NCBI GenBank assembly: GCA_964016885.1
Contig: OZ024743.1
Coordinates: forward strand, 16,616,001 to 16,680,000
Length of the DNA: 64,000 bases
Reading direction: 5' to 3'
From: Eledone cirrhosa
Taxonomy: Eukaryota
Shown here: piece after piece, positions 12,701-26,272 of the stretch
Position numbering within the stretch: position 1 is the first letter of the stretch
Layout: every line of letters starts with the position of its first letter
Program-made: the position numbers and the translations under genes
Notes under the pieces: generated by a model
Database searches by the model: none
What the model saw: only the letters and a program-made list of their open reading frames with translations
What the model was told of the DNA's origin: nothing

Positions 12701-12863
12701 AATAAATATACGCATATACACAGGCACATAAAGACACCTCTACAGGCAGAAAAAGTAGATACAAAAGAGGTACTCACATGACCATAGTGGCCGTATTACA
12801 GGTTGAGGAGGGGTGGGGGTAGGGTGGGGAGGAGGCATAGGGGCCAACAGGGGGAGGTCGTTT

Positions 12864-13727
12864 CTAGCCATCGGGCTTTAACACTGGCTTAAAGTGTTTG
12901 AATGTTGCAAAGTTCTTGTGCATGCAGTTCGGGCAGTGTTCAGAGAGTTTGTTCAGTAGCGGGCCCTTGGCGAATAAAATTTCGTAACTCTCTGAAATAC
13001 AAAGGTCGCAGCCCTTGTGTCCTCCGTCGTAAGAGCGCGCTTTCTGGAGTATTTTCCAATTAAGCGTGAAGGGGGTGGAGTTCCTTTTGAGGTCCCAAAC
13101 GTAGGAGGCGAGTGTTGTTTGGTTTGATTTATCCGGTCTTCTGAAGGAGTGGGTATGGGCATACCAGCGGGTCTTAAAGGTGTTGGAGGTCATGCCGATG
13201 TAAGTTTTTTTGCAATCCTCGGTGCCCGAGATGACATCGCATTTGTATACGATGTCGTTTGTGAGGCATTTGTTTTCTAGTGGGCATGTTTCCTTATTTA
13301 GGCAATTACATAGAGCCCCAGTCCGGGGATTGGTTTCGGAGGTGGTTGGCTTATTTAGTTTAGAGTTGTGGTTGGCTATATTCCTAGCTAGGTTAGGTGT
13401 GGTGGAGTAAGACAGTCTTATAGTGTTCTTATTAAAGATGGTGTAGTACCTATGTTGTATGGGGAAGTGTAATTTCAGTAAAGTGAAGAAAATCCTAGCT
13501 ATCGGAGTAGATACCTCTCTATTGAAGGGAGGGTTGTACCAGCTAATCTGCCTATGTCTATTCCTCCTCTGCAATTTTGCGGTGGTTTCTAGGTAAGTTA
13601 TCTTATCTTTAAATCCGCTACGGGCTAGGGCGTCATTGTAGTAGGAGGCAGATGCATTAAACATATCTTTGTTGGCGGAGAGGCCAGATATTCTAATAGA
13701 GACGCTTTTTACTAGGTTATCAGTAAT

Positions 13728-13730
<3 letters not shown>
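12864..13730 (-). mobile_element. 5'-truncated Penelope-like element: RT thumb plus GIY-YIG endonuclease, open frame (Hydra-clade-like)
   Basis: YYNDALARSGF, WYNPPF, SYSTTPNL, CNCLNKETCPLENKCL, IVYKC...YIGMTSNTFKTRW, CDLCISE, LLNK..CMH. The ORF N-terminus in the track is only (TA)n. Confidence 0.93.
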
Positions 13731-13814
<84 letters not shown>

Positions 13815-13817
<3 letters not shown>

Positions 13818-14203
13818 ATAATAATAAAATTGAAGACTAAAATCCAAAGAGGGCTCGATAAGGAAAATATATATCAAATATATAAGAACCGTAGAGCAAA
13901 TATTTATTAAAATAACAGATTAAAGTTTAAGCAAAGAATCGCTGCTTTCACCCTTAACGGGATCTTCTGAAACTTCTAAAGTCAATCTGTAAACGCAGAA
14001 CTGGATATTTCAAAAAACGTTGCAACCGGAGGAACACAGGAAGACGATACTTTGGTTCGTGGTAACGTTCGCTGGCAAAGAACGGGAAAAAACGAATAAT
14101 ACGTCATTAATAGGAGCGGTGAAAAACAATTACGCGCAAAGACAAAACCACGTTTAAGCACCGATTCTTTGCTTAAACTTTAATCTGTTATTTTAATAAA
14201 TAT
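13815..14203 (-). mobile_element. PLE-end family copy with ~40-bp terminal inversion
   Basis: 14162-14203 is the reverse complement of 13900-13941; hammerhead inside; (TA)n on both sides. Confidence 0.75.
13924..13974 (-). ncRNA. Hammerhead-like motif with variant core CAGAAGA
   Basis: AGTTT-CAGAAGA-tCCC gttaa GGGt-GAAA-GCA gcgattctt TGC-TT-AAACT. Confidence 0.65.
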
Positions 14204-15039
14204 ATATATATATATATATATATGTGAGTGTGTGTGTGTAGAATGTGAGTAATATTGTAAAACAATAAAACTATTTATATATCAGTTAAGTAGCACTCTC
14301 AACAAGAATGTTTCCAGTCTACATATGACAGAAATATAAGAGTAAGAGACACATAGGGAAAATGAAGAAAAGGAAAGAAGAAGGAAAGAGGAAAAAGAAA
14401 TAGAATAGAGTAAAAAAGGAAACAAAGAAAGAAGGAAGAGAGACAAAGAGAAAGAGAGAGAGAGACTTGTGATCAGGAACACTGTAAATAACGGCTAAAA
14501 AGTAAATTGATGAGGTGTATGTGTGAATATTATAGATGGTATTCAAATATCAGAGGTCTAAAATATAGAAACTGGCTATATTATTTCATATTGGTTTTTA
14601 ATACTAAAACTTGCATTAAGAAGACTAAAAATGTATTAATAAAATAAAATAAAATTAAATTAGAATTATTTTAAGAAAAGGATTTTAAAATAAAATAAAA
14701 TAAAATAACATAGAATAAAATAAATGAAAATAAGAATAGTCTATCTATGTCTAAATTAAAAATTTGTATTCAAAATATATATATGTGGGGTATACTATTT
14801 AATTATTATTTTATATCAACAAGTAAATAAAGGAATTTGCTAGAATGATTTATAAACGTAGAAAAAGATATGACGTCATAGTTTGTTTACAAAATCTACG
14901 AAGGTTTGAACGAAGATTTAAGGCTATAGAGAAAAAAGCTGAAAGGCTTAAAATATGCTGAGAAAACTGAATTAATACATTGTAGAATATAATGAAATAT
15001 GTGTGAAAAAAAATCTGTGAAAAAAAATATATGTCTATA

Positions 15040-15437
15040 TATCAGAGACTGCCCCATGCGCCATGCGAACTGTTGCCTACGCACATACATCGTGTATAAG
15101 ATAGAATGTAACAAGTGCAACCAATACTATATAGGTAGATCAATCCGGCCATTGCACATCCGGCCGTTGCACATCCGGATCACGGAACACACTAAAACTA
15201 GGGCCTCGTCTTTCCGGAAACACATAGCCAAATGCGGAAACAAAGACGGAAGGCCCATTGTCACAATTCTAGCGACAGAAAGAAACGTCGGCAAGTTACG
15301 TATCAAGGAAGCACTTTGGATCAAACGCATAGGGCCACAATTAAACAACCGATCTGAGAGAAACGAAATGAGGTGGCTGGTTTAAGTTAACAAACGATGC
15401 AGCAACACACGCCCCACACACACACAAGCGAGACAGC

Positions 15438-15484
<47 letters not shown>

Positions 15485-16085
15485 TAGCATTCCACCATAC
15501 GAACATGCTACTCTGCCAATACAGAAGAACAAGGCAACAACACACGCACACACAAAGACACTCAAGCGAGACAACGACACATGCAAACACACACACACAC
15601 ACACAGTAACATTCAACAAACAGGCAGAGAATGGACTGACAGCTAGCGCCACTCCACTCCCACAATTGAAAGAACTACTTCGGCCGCTGCGCTGACCTCT
15701 ACCTGACCGACCCCATTTCACGCACACGCGCGCTCTGCTGAATACCTCAAATATTCAAAACAACGAACAGCGGAGAACACGTTTCGCACCTTTCCGACAG
15801 ACAACATTTCCCCCACCCCGGAAAAAAACCCCAGTTGACGGATGCGAATCCGAAATATATAGGGACAATTAAATCTCTCCCAAGGTAACTCTCTCTCTCG
15901 TGTTGTTATTTTTATCCTTTATGCTCTTTCCTTCATTCCTCTACACGTCTTGTACACGCCAAGCATCTCAACGTACACCTACTTACATCTCTCTCTCTCC
16001 ACCACCGGATCTTGTTACCCGGAGATTTACCCATTTGCATTGTCGAGGCTTCCAAACGACTTAAAGAAATGTATCATGTCTAAAA
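15040..16085 (+). mobile_element. Second PLE lineage: GIY-YIG endonuclease (ORF ends 15385) plus 3' pseudo-LTR
   Basis: IVYKIECNKCNQYYIGRSIRPLHIR..EH..HIAKC..KEALWIK...QLNNRSE (CCHH-type PLE EN); degenerate hammerhead downstream. Confidence 0.85.
15829..15864 (+). ncRNA. Degenerate minimal hammerhead (core CAGUUGA)
   Basis: CCC-CAGTTGA-c-GGAT gcga ATCC-GAAA-TAT-ATA-GGG, then AATTAAA. Confidence 0.5.
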
Positions 16086-16140
16086 AAATATATATATGTG
16101 TAAGAAATTAACCGTTATTCGTGAAATAAGTTATAGGACA

Positions 16141-18531
16141 TTAGCTATATACTTTGTGGAAAGTCTTGAAGGATTTATGATTACAAAGACCAAATAAATC
16201 TGTATCTATTTATTATAGAGTTGAAATTCGAAATTCGAGATAATGTTAAATTTTTCAGCTAGACATGTATTACAAACACTAGATATGGAAGCATTGGAGA
16301 ATGGAGAAGCGTTGCATATCTTACGGCAAGAAATTTCGTAATTAATGTTTTTGTCTTTTAAGGACCAAATAAGTTCTGAGAGTGCCGTGTTGGTCCTTTA
16401 AAATGGATATTTAAATGTAGAAGAATGATTATAGAGTCTTACTTTAAAAGAGGTAGAAGTAGAGCCAATGTAGGTATAGGTATTGGTACTAGTTACCATT
16501 TTACATTCATATACTCGGTTTTATCGAGAAATAAATTACTAAGAGGACAATTAGTTCTAATAGGGCAGTTGCATTTACGATTAAGATTATTAACAGAGTT
16601 ATTTGCAAGTGGACCAGGATTAATTATATTAGGAACTGGAGTGGTGGAATTAGCTAACGGAGCTGCTAAAGTTTCCAGATTTACATTACGATTTGAAGCA
16701 TTCCTCAAAGTTACATTTGACGCCGTATTTATACTTGTGTTATTTTGCCTAGAGTTTACATTGACGTCGGGCCTTATGGTGTTATTATTATGACTCTCAT
16801 GGTTGGATGAATATGAGTTATTATTTACTATATGTCTTGAGATAATTTTAGAAATGTTGGAAGTAGTGGAATATGAGTATTTAATAGTATGCTTATTGAA
16901 AATCTTACTATATATCTGTGAAGGAGGGAAGCTGGATCTAAAGCCCTAAACAATAATTTAGGGATATTATTAATAACTGAAACATAGAGGGAGCGTTGTA
17001 CCAAAGGATATTTTTATATCTAGGTCTCCTCCATTTGTTAGAGGTATGATTATTATTAGCTACATTACGATAGTTTCTGCCAAGATTAGTTTCCTTAGTG
17101 TGTCTAGTTTTGTCTGGATATCCAGCCCTAGATAACGCATTATTATAATAGTTGGCATTAGCTTCGAATATATCTTTATTAGAGGATACAATAGGAATTA
17201 TTTTTTCTACAGTTCCGACTATAGCAGTTTTAACATTATTAGGGTGGTTAAATTTACAGTTAACGTAATTTATTTTCTCATTACCCTTATGATTTGGGTA
17301 ATATAGGCCAGTATCTAGATTAAGAGATATATCAAGAAAATTTGCTAATTTATCATTATTCTCGAATTATATTTTTAAGTTAAGATGCTTAAATAGTTCA
17401 AGTATATTTTTCTTAATAATATTAAAGTTTACTTTGTAGTAATTAGAGACAGTAAAAAGAGCATCATCACGATAAATTCCACCACGAAGTTGAGGATTTT
17501 CCGTTTTAAAGAGTTCAAGATGAAAATTCCAACCAAGTCGGTCAATTGAGCTGAATCCGACGAACTCATGGTGATGTCGAAATTGTTGGAAGTATCCGCA
17601 CTTGTCCAATATTCATTGTTAAATTCCAAGATGGTTTTCCTTGCGGTGATAATGATGTTTAATTCATCAGTAGTGATGTCCGAGTATTTTAAGGCATATG
17701 AGAGAGCCTTGTTAAGCAGTGAAGGAGAAATAGAAGAGTAATAGCTAGCAATGTCTAGTTGAATAAATTTTAGTTTGTTTTTATTATTCAGGTCATTGAA
17801 CCAGTCTATCACATCAGAAGAACCCGAACATAAATTTAATTGACATTTACAGCTAACTTGTGGGATAATTCTATCCAAGATGGATTTACCAACGATCCAC
17901 AGATCAGATTTAGAAGGATCAATTAGTCTTACTGACAAGTCGGTCCGGAAATTTATTTTGTGATCCTTGAGACTAATCTTCGGAATTCTTGGGAAGAAGG
18001 GTTCTGTTTTGTTCTCAATACCGAGTTTGGTTAGTATCTCATATGCTTCTCTATTCATAGAATAAAGATTATCGTACGTGGTTTTACGATAATATTTTCT
18101 TAGTTCTTTAAGGATAAGGTTATTATATTTATCCTTACTTATGCCATATAAATTATTTGTTTTGTCAGAATGAACTAAAACCTTTTAAGAAGAATTAAGG
18201 TCATTAATTTTATTCTTAAGGTTGATAAGGTGTCCCTGCCCTCGATAAGGGTTTCTTTTGAATTTAAGTCCTCGTATAAATTTAGTTAATTCATTTTCAA
18301 TATGTGCTAAGTTTTTATTAAAGGGAGGATTTCTTCTGGAGTTAAATAATGAATCGAGCTTATTAGGTTCCTTTTTATAAACATTCCCTTTTAAGCGCTG
18401 GTCATGGAAATGTGCGATCCATCTAAGCATCCGCACGAAATAATCTGTTTTATCTGTCAAAAGTTTGTGTATTAAGTTTTTCCCGGAATAGGTATGTATT
18501 TAAGTGAAGTTGTGGTGGTGTAGTAATCCAT
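16141..18531 (-). pseudogene. Near full-length Penelope-like RT-GIY-YIG ORF, frameshifted (element ~16095-18730)
   Basis: ATG at 18531 (MDYYTTTTSLKYIPIP), RMLRWIAHF, ISLKDHK, FIQLDIASYYSSI, GGIYRDD, CNCPIRTNCPL, YIG, C-terminal LCNHK. Confidence 0.9.
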
Positions 18532-18729
18532 GTTATAAAAGAAGTAGAGACCATCAATGGTATCCGATATGAGAGTTAGCGCTCAAACAATCAAGGAGCA
18601 GGTTAATGTAGAAGGTGAGTAATATTGTAGAACAATAAAACTGTGCATATATCAGATAAGTAGCACTCAACAGTTGGTAGATCTGGAGTATATATTAAAG
18701 AAGAATTTAAAAGATGGTTAAACAAGTTT

Positions 18730-18826
<97 letters not shown>

Positions 18827-19013
18827 TTGGTTTTTCGAATATTAATAATAATATTAGATTATTTTGCCATTATGCAAACAATCCTCATTATATATATATA
18901 TATATATATAAGTTATTCCGGGTTGAATCGGAGGTAACCACATTAAGTAAGGTACTCAATACATTGTAGATTATAGAAGTTTTAATATAGAAAAGCTTCT
19001 ACAGGACTATAAC

Positions 19014-19051
<38 letters not shown>

Positions 19052-19058
19052 GAGAGAA

Positions 19059-19089
<31 letters not shown>

Positions 19090-19116
19090 GAGACAGATAT
19101 ATATATATATATATAT

Positions 19117-19189
<73 letters not shown>

Positions 19190-20414
19190 AGAATCAAAGC
19201 TATGTTCAAAGCATTTATTCACTTACAATTGTACCATTCAAACCTAGGCTTGGAGTCTTCGGACCATTTTTCAATGTTTGTACATATAATTGACATCCTT
19301 TCCAACTCAAGAGACATACAGATACATATATATATATATATATATATTGATGTATAGTGGAGTGACATATATTATACTATACTATTTTTGTATAGCAATT
19401 CAAATTCAAGATCAAAATCAAAATCAAAATCAAAATTAAAATCAAAATCAAAATTAAAATACATTCGGCAGATAACACAGATAATGCAGGACGATAGTTT
19501 GATAGTCAGTTCTAGTAGGTAGTGTATGCGTTATTTACACATGGAGCATGCAAGTGTGTCTCATTTGTATACGATTAATGTGTGGCAAGATGATACATGT
19601 AATGCAAGCACTTTAAGTGGGTAAGCAAGAGTATTACGGTGGTTGTAGTGGTAGGGTATTTTTTGTATAGATCAAAAAAGTATGTGTGCAGAAAAATAAA
19701 AATAAAAAGAAGAAGCAAAAGAAAGTTATAATTTTCTTATCCACTACCATTTTCACATTCCGAAAAAGCAAGACATGGTTTTTACATCCATCACATAAGT
19801 AACGATGATTCCGTAATGGATGTTTGATGCATTAAATTATTGTTGCGTATTGAGGCTCAGTGTTATTTAATCCATATTTATAGAATAGGTTCTTTCTGCT
19901 GCGAGAATTTACAGTGGTTTCTTACCCGGAAGTAGGTGTGTAATTAAGGGGTGTTAATGCGTAAGGGGAGGTAACTAGCTGATTCTCATAACTAAATTTA
20001 TTGTTTTAACATACATTATATGGTGCCTCAATTGAGTCCCTTATCTAAACGGTTATATATTTATATCTAGTTTTCAATTTTAAATACAGTCTACTGTATC
20101 ATAATGTACTAAGTGTATCTATAGTAAGTTGATTACTCCTTATTATATAGGGCTACAGTTGAATTTCCCATACAAAGTGCCATATCTTTATATCAAAGTT
20201 CACTGTAAATACAGTCTACTCTCAAAACATATCAGAGGACCTATTAGAATGTTGTCTACATAACCCCTGGTAAGTTATATGTAGCAGCGTATGGGTGTTT
20301 GCATGACAAAACCAATTACATCTCTAGGGCTAACAAATACATCCCTCATTTACAATGTCATTAATCTATCCATCAAGTTATACTTGCATATATAATTCAT
20401 ATATAATTCTTTGC

Positions 20415-21870
20415 CTATACCTACTAAACGAAATCCATAAGGACCTTCTATACATCAACGGTGGTTTATACCGTCACTATGTACTACTCCTTATAGACTA
20501 TAAAAAAATTAATATAGAAATATCTAGAAAACTATTGCACAAGACTTTCAAAAACTATAACCTAAGTATCACCATAGACAAAAACACTAAAAACGTTAAC
20601 TTCCTATATGCTACCCTTTACCTAGACTCTAAGATCTATACACCATTCCATAAACCTAACGAAAAACTGATTTACGTAGATACCAAGTCTAACAACCCTA
20701 GATCAATATTAAACTCTATCTCTAAAGGAATCTCCAATAGAATCTCTAATCTATCTTATGACGAAACCATATTTAGCAAAAACTCACAATACTATAATCA
20801 GGCATTAGCTAGATCAGGACATAATAATGAGATCGAATTCCTACCTATAAAAACACATAGTAGACAACATTATTTCGCACAATATATCCATGATGAAAAA
20901 TAGTAATAAGAATAATAACCACACACACACTAGTACGAAGGGTGGCAACAAACGTAACTCACAACAGAGAGGACACCAAAATACCATAAACGGAAACATC
21001 TCACCAGACATAAAAAACAAAAATAGGAGAAGAACTAATACATTTTCCAACCCCCCTTTCAAGCTAAACGTCTCTACCAACCTACCTAAGGCTTTCTTCT
21101 CACTCTTGGATAAAAAAACTTCCCATCTGGCCACAAGTACCATAGTCTTATAAATTAAAACACCATTAAAATCTCCTACTCTACTACGCCTAACATAACA
21201 TACCACATAGCTAGTAGCAATAAAAGAAAGATTAATACTTACTTTCAACAAACTAAAACACAGCAGGAGTAAACTTTCAAAACAACGTAATATCTGCAAA
21301 CCCTGATATCAATAGTAATAATAGTAATAACACTAGAGAAATCAATAACACTGGGAGCGACAACCCCCATAGCCATAATGCAATACCTAGCAAACAAACT
21401 TCTACACAGCATAATAACCGGCAGGTTAATATCCAAAATAATTGTAACTGTAGATCTAATAGAACCTACCCTTTAGATAAAAACTGCTTAATCAAGGACA
21501 TCATATACTCATGCACCGTCAGAACTGGTAACTCTTCTGAAACCTATATAGGTTCTACTTCGAACTGCTTCAAAACCAGTTACAATTCACACCTCAATTC
21601 TTTCAAAAAACACAGTCTAGCCAACTCCACTTCACTATCTAGCTACATACACTATCTAAAAAACTAGAAACAGATCTTATACACTTCAATGGGAAGTGAT
21701 AGGTAAGGCGGCATCGTACAGACCACCTTAACATTCTGTAACCTCTGTCTACTAGATACCCATACTATAATCTTCTCGAACCTTAACCTCCTTAATAAAA
21801 AAATCGGAGGTGTTTGCGTCGTGCCAGCACCGCTTCCGGCACTCCTTCCAAAACTTGAAACCCAATATAT
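20415..21870 (+). pseudogene. PLE RT C-terminus plus GIY-YIG, decayed
   Basis: GGLYRHY, VNFLYATLYL, PFHKPN, YYNQALARSG, FSNPPF, CNCRSN..PLDKNCL, TYIGSTSNCFK, FCNLCLLD. Confidence 0.88.
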
Positions 21871-23310
21871 AACAATGTCAGACTTGAACCCATGACCCCT
21901 TCTAACACCACACCTCAAGGGCACGCATTACACCACAACACCACACTCTCTTATCCACCCTATCTCGACAGAAATCATTCCATCTATCTATAACTTTATA
22001 CCCTAGAAATATCCCCATAAACACCTACTTTTATTATAATTAATTTCAATTACTTATAGTTGTGTAGTGATATAATACAGTCTATATAAACTTTAAATAC
22101 TAGATACGGCAGTGAATTATATATGCAATTGTAATTAAATGTATGGAGCAATAACATTGGATATATATAGGATTAATTTATTAACGTAAGGGATCTGTCT
22201 AACGTATATGTAGGGTGCTGCAAAGAATTATATATGAATTATATATGCAAGTATAACTTAATGGATAGATTAATGACATTTTAAATGAGGGATGTATTTG
22301 TCAGCCCTAGAGATATATTTGGTTCTGTCATGCAAACAGCCATACGCTGCTCCATAACTTACCAGCAATGATATGTTTTGAGAGTAGACTGTATTTACAG
22401 TGAACTTTGATATAAAGATATGGCACTTTGTATGGGTAATTCAACTGTAGCACTATATAATAAGGAGTAATCAACTTACTATAGATACCTTTAGTACATT
22501 ATGATAGAGTAGACTGTATTTAAAATTGAAAACTAGATATAAATATATAACCGTTTAGATAAGGGACTCAATTGAGGCACCATATACTGTATGTTAGAAC
22601 AATGAATTTAGTTATGAGAATCAACTAGTTACCTCCCCTTACGCATTAACACCCCTTAATTACACACCTAATTCCGGGTAATAAAGCACTGTAAATTCTC
22701 GCAGCAGAAAGAACCTATTCTATAAATATGAATTAAATAACACTGAGCCTCAATACGCTACAATAATTTAATGCATCAAACATCCATTACGGAATCATCG
22801 TTACTTATGTGATGGATGTAAAAACTATGTCTTACTTTTGCGGAATGTGAAAACGGTAGTGGATAAGAAAACTATAACTTTCTTTTCATTCTTCTTTTTA
22901 TTTTTATTTTTCTGCACACATACTATTTTGATCTATACAAAAAATACCCTACCACTACAACCACCATAATACTCTTGGTTACCAGCTTAATGTGCTTGCA
23001 TTACATGTAACACCCTTGCCACACAATAATCGTATAAAAATGAGACCCACTTGCATGCTCCATGTGTAACAAACGCATACACTACTTACTAGATCTGACT
23101 ATCAAACTATCATCCTGCCTTATCTGTGTTATCTGCCGAATGTATTTTAATTTTTATTTTGATATTGATCTTGAATTTGAATTGCTGTACAAAAATAGTA
23201 TAGTATAATATATGTCACTCCACTCTACATCAATATATATATATATATGTATCTGTATGTTTCTTGCGTTGGAAAGGATGTCAATTATATGTACAAACAT
23301 TCAAAAAGGT

Positions 23311-23349
23311 CCGAAGACTCCCAGCCTAGGTTTGGATGAAACAATTGTA
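23311..23349 (+). ncRNA. Hammerhead-like core (CCGAAGA), stem I poorly formed
   Basis: CCGAAGA-c-TCCCAGCC ta GGTTTGGA-t-GAAAC-AATT-GTA, AATAAA follows. The mirror copy near 19224-19262 has GAAAC changed to GGTAC. Confidence 0.45.
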
Positions 23350-23548
23350 AGTGAATAAATGCTTTGAACATAGATTTGATTCTTGAGAATTCTATATAAC
23401 TGCTCTGTAGAACAACTGATGTTATTACATTGAGCTATTTATCTTACTGGTAATAAGGTAGTAATAAATTACTGACTGTCACTGTTTCAGGTTTAAAATA
23501 TACACAACTATAAAAAGTTTAATATATACATAACCATAAATAGTATCC

Positions 23549-23658
<110 letters not shown>

Positions 23659-23723
23659 ATATATATATAGTTAAAGAATGAAGAGTAACATGGTTGGATG
23701 TACAATAAGGGTCTTTATTTAAA

Positions 23724-23827
23724 GTACTGACAATTGTTTCGTTGATCAGGTGAGTCTAGAGTTCGCTTGAAGTTGCGTCACTCGATCTCCAATACATTAT
23801 TTACCTCTGGTCAACACATCAGAGTAC
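23724..23827 (-). ncRNA. Minimal hammerhead with a 75-nt stem II domain (core CUGAUGU)
   Basis: GTACT-CTGATGT-GTTGAcCAG...CTGaTCAAC-GAAAC-AATT-GTC-AGTAC; AATAAA downstream; lies within a (TA)n-flanked segment ~23670-24220. Confidence 0.65.
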
Positions 23828-24220
23828 GTAAATATGAAAAAAATTCACACGAGGCAAGACATATATATAAAAATAGCGTATAACAAAACAATAACATCAA
23901 TAATGAAAGATGTATGGTAAATAGTTAGTGAAGTTACAGATGTACCAATTAAAAGGTAAAATATAAGATAGGGTACATTGAAAAAGTAAGAAAATGAGTA
24001 AATGGAAATTATAAAGAAATAAATAAGAATAAGTGAGAGCGTGTAAGTACATAGTATGATAGTAGTAGTTTTGAGTAAGTGTTCTTATAAGGATTCGTTG
24101 GTTGGTTTAGTGTTAACATGAACACCAGATTCGAGATCTACATAGATACGTACATCAATCCACGACGCAGAGTACTCTCAACTGCTAACTGGATTACATA
24201 TAACGATAACTTGTTATCCC

Positions 24221-24341
<121 letters not shown>

Positions 24342-24457
24342 GTATATTTATTATATAGGATACCATGGTTATGGCGAACACAAACAGAAATAAGAGAATA
24401 GGTTTAGTTCGGGGACCCAAAACGGGTACCAAACACGGTGATGTTGTAACAGGGGGA

Positions 24458-24498
<41 letters not shown>

Positions 24499-26105
24499 TT
24501 GTGTATGTATGTGTGTGTGTGTGTGTCTGTGTGTGTGTGTATATATGTGTGTGTGTCTGATGGTAGCTAAGATGCTTCCATAGGCGGTATGCTGGTTGAA
24601 CACTCTATGCTTTTACAAAGAGTATGATAGAATAGAAAACGAAAAATCAGTGATGCATCTGAACTCAATTTATTGTGAGTTGCAATTGTTTCCCCGGCAG
24701 ACAGCTCGAGACGCGATCATCCTGTGGATCTGTCTGATCCTGGACCCGCAGGTTCGACGGACACGTCTAATGATTAGGGAGCATATTTTCTCACTGGGGT
24801 ATCTAACCTTCTGGGCCAGTACCGTCAAAAACTTCCTCTTCCGGCGTCCTGTGATTTGCCACTGGTTGTCGACGTTATCATAATTCTGACCCCAGGTACC
24901 AGTCCGCTGACCATCAGGGCGTTAGCTATCCCATGTCTGTTTCACTTCAATAAATTACTGGTGTGTTCACACATCCACGCGCACACACACACACACACAC
25001 ACAAGCCCAGAAATAATGACAGTCATACGCATAGTCGCTCGCTATACAGACACAGACACATATACACATGCCTATATACATCAACATACACACACAGATA
25101 CATGTGCAAGCACATGCACACGTACACACCTACATGTACAGACATATACATACCCCTCCCCCTGCGCACACACATATATACACACAAACAACCCCTTTCC
25201 CTACACGGGTTCTTGTACACACACACACTGGCGCATATACATTTTTACAAATATTCGCATATCCATATACACACCCTTGCACGCATAAAAAAATATATAA
25301 TTCAACCCATGTTTCCGATTTAGCTTTCAGTTGTATTTAAATATATATATATATACGTTTATATGTGAGTGTGTATGTATGCATCTTACTTATATACATA
25401 TGCACAGTTATGGATACGATCCTTCTATACATGTCTGATTACATTGGTTATATTTTATGAAGCAAGTTTGATATGAAACCTTAAAACTTGACGTCACATA
25501 TGACCTCAAATGTCTAAATATAACTTATTCTGATCAACATTTTTTATAAACTATTAGCCCCATTATGTACCAGCATATATTTTAATCAGTTGCACAATAT
25601 TAATTTATAGGTACATCTCGACGCGACTGCGTTCTTATAGAACGGATTACATGTGCACGTCACTTCAGTTTTACAATTGTAAGAACCCAGTTACTAGGCT
25701 AAGCGTTGTTTATTCTACATTAATATATGGTTTGTTAGATGTTTATACAGATGTTATTGTTGACTGACGCGCCTTGATCGAGTCGGTAACAACTCATAGT
25801 GACATCCACAATGAAATATATTTATTTTGCGGTGACTGTATATATATAAATAAATACACAATGATGACACTCAAAACATAGCGTACAATACTGATATGGA
25901 AATCAACCAACGAACTAGAACAGCCAAATTGAATGCACTTAACCCCAAACATGGAAAATATAAGACAGTAATTGTAAATTGATCCTGAAGGGCAGTAAAA
26001 GCAAACACTGAACTAATATATCACCATTGCTCTTACACACATGTTAAAATGTGCAAGTGTTGATGACTCATGAACATGTTATATTTGAATCTGTTATTCA
26101 TCGAT

Positions 26106-26272
26106 GTGACATTTGTTTAACATATGTCAAATTATTTGATATAAATGCTTACACACACATAATGACACATTTGTCAAACATAAGTCAAAAAATTTGATGT
26201 AAATCCTTATACACATATTTGTCAAATATATGTCAAATTATTTTATGTAAATGTTTACACTCACCTAATGAG
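26106..26272 (+). repeat. Degenerate ~50-58 bp tandem repeat, 3 copies
   Basis: CATTTGT.AAACATA.GTCAAA..ATTTGAT.TAAAT..TTA.ACAC recurs. Confidence 0.7.

Noticed and set aside
16141-18531. Selenoprotein-type (Naiad) PLE with recoded UGA
   Set aside because: EN is C-terminal rather than N-terminal, and the interruptions are frameshifts and mixed stop codons, consistent with decay.
24559-24970. TG...CA segment with AATAAA (solo LTR?) and minus-strand GAAAC-AATT-GCA
   Set aside because: No TSD or second LTR; the hammerhead lacks a CUGANGA box and UH site. Left unassigned.
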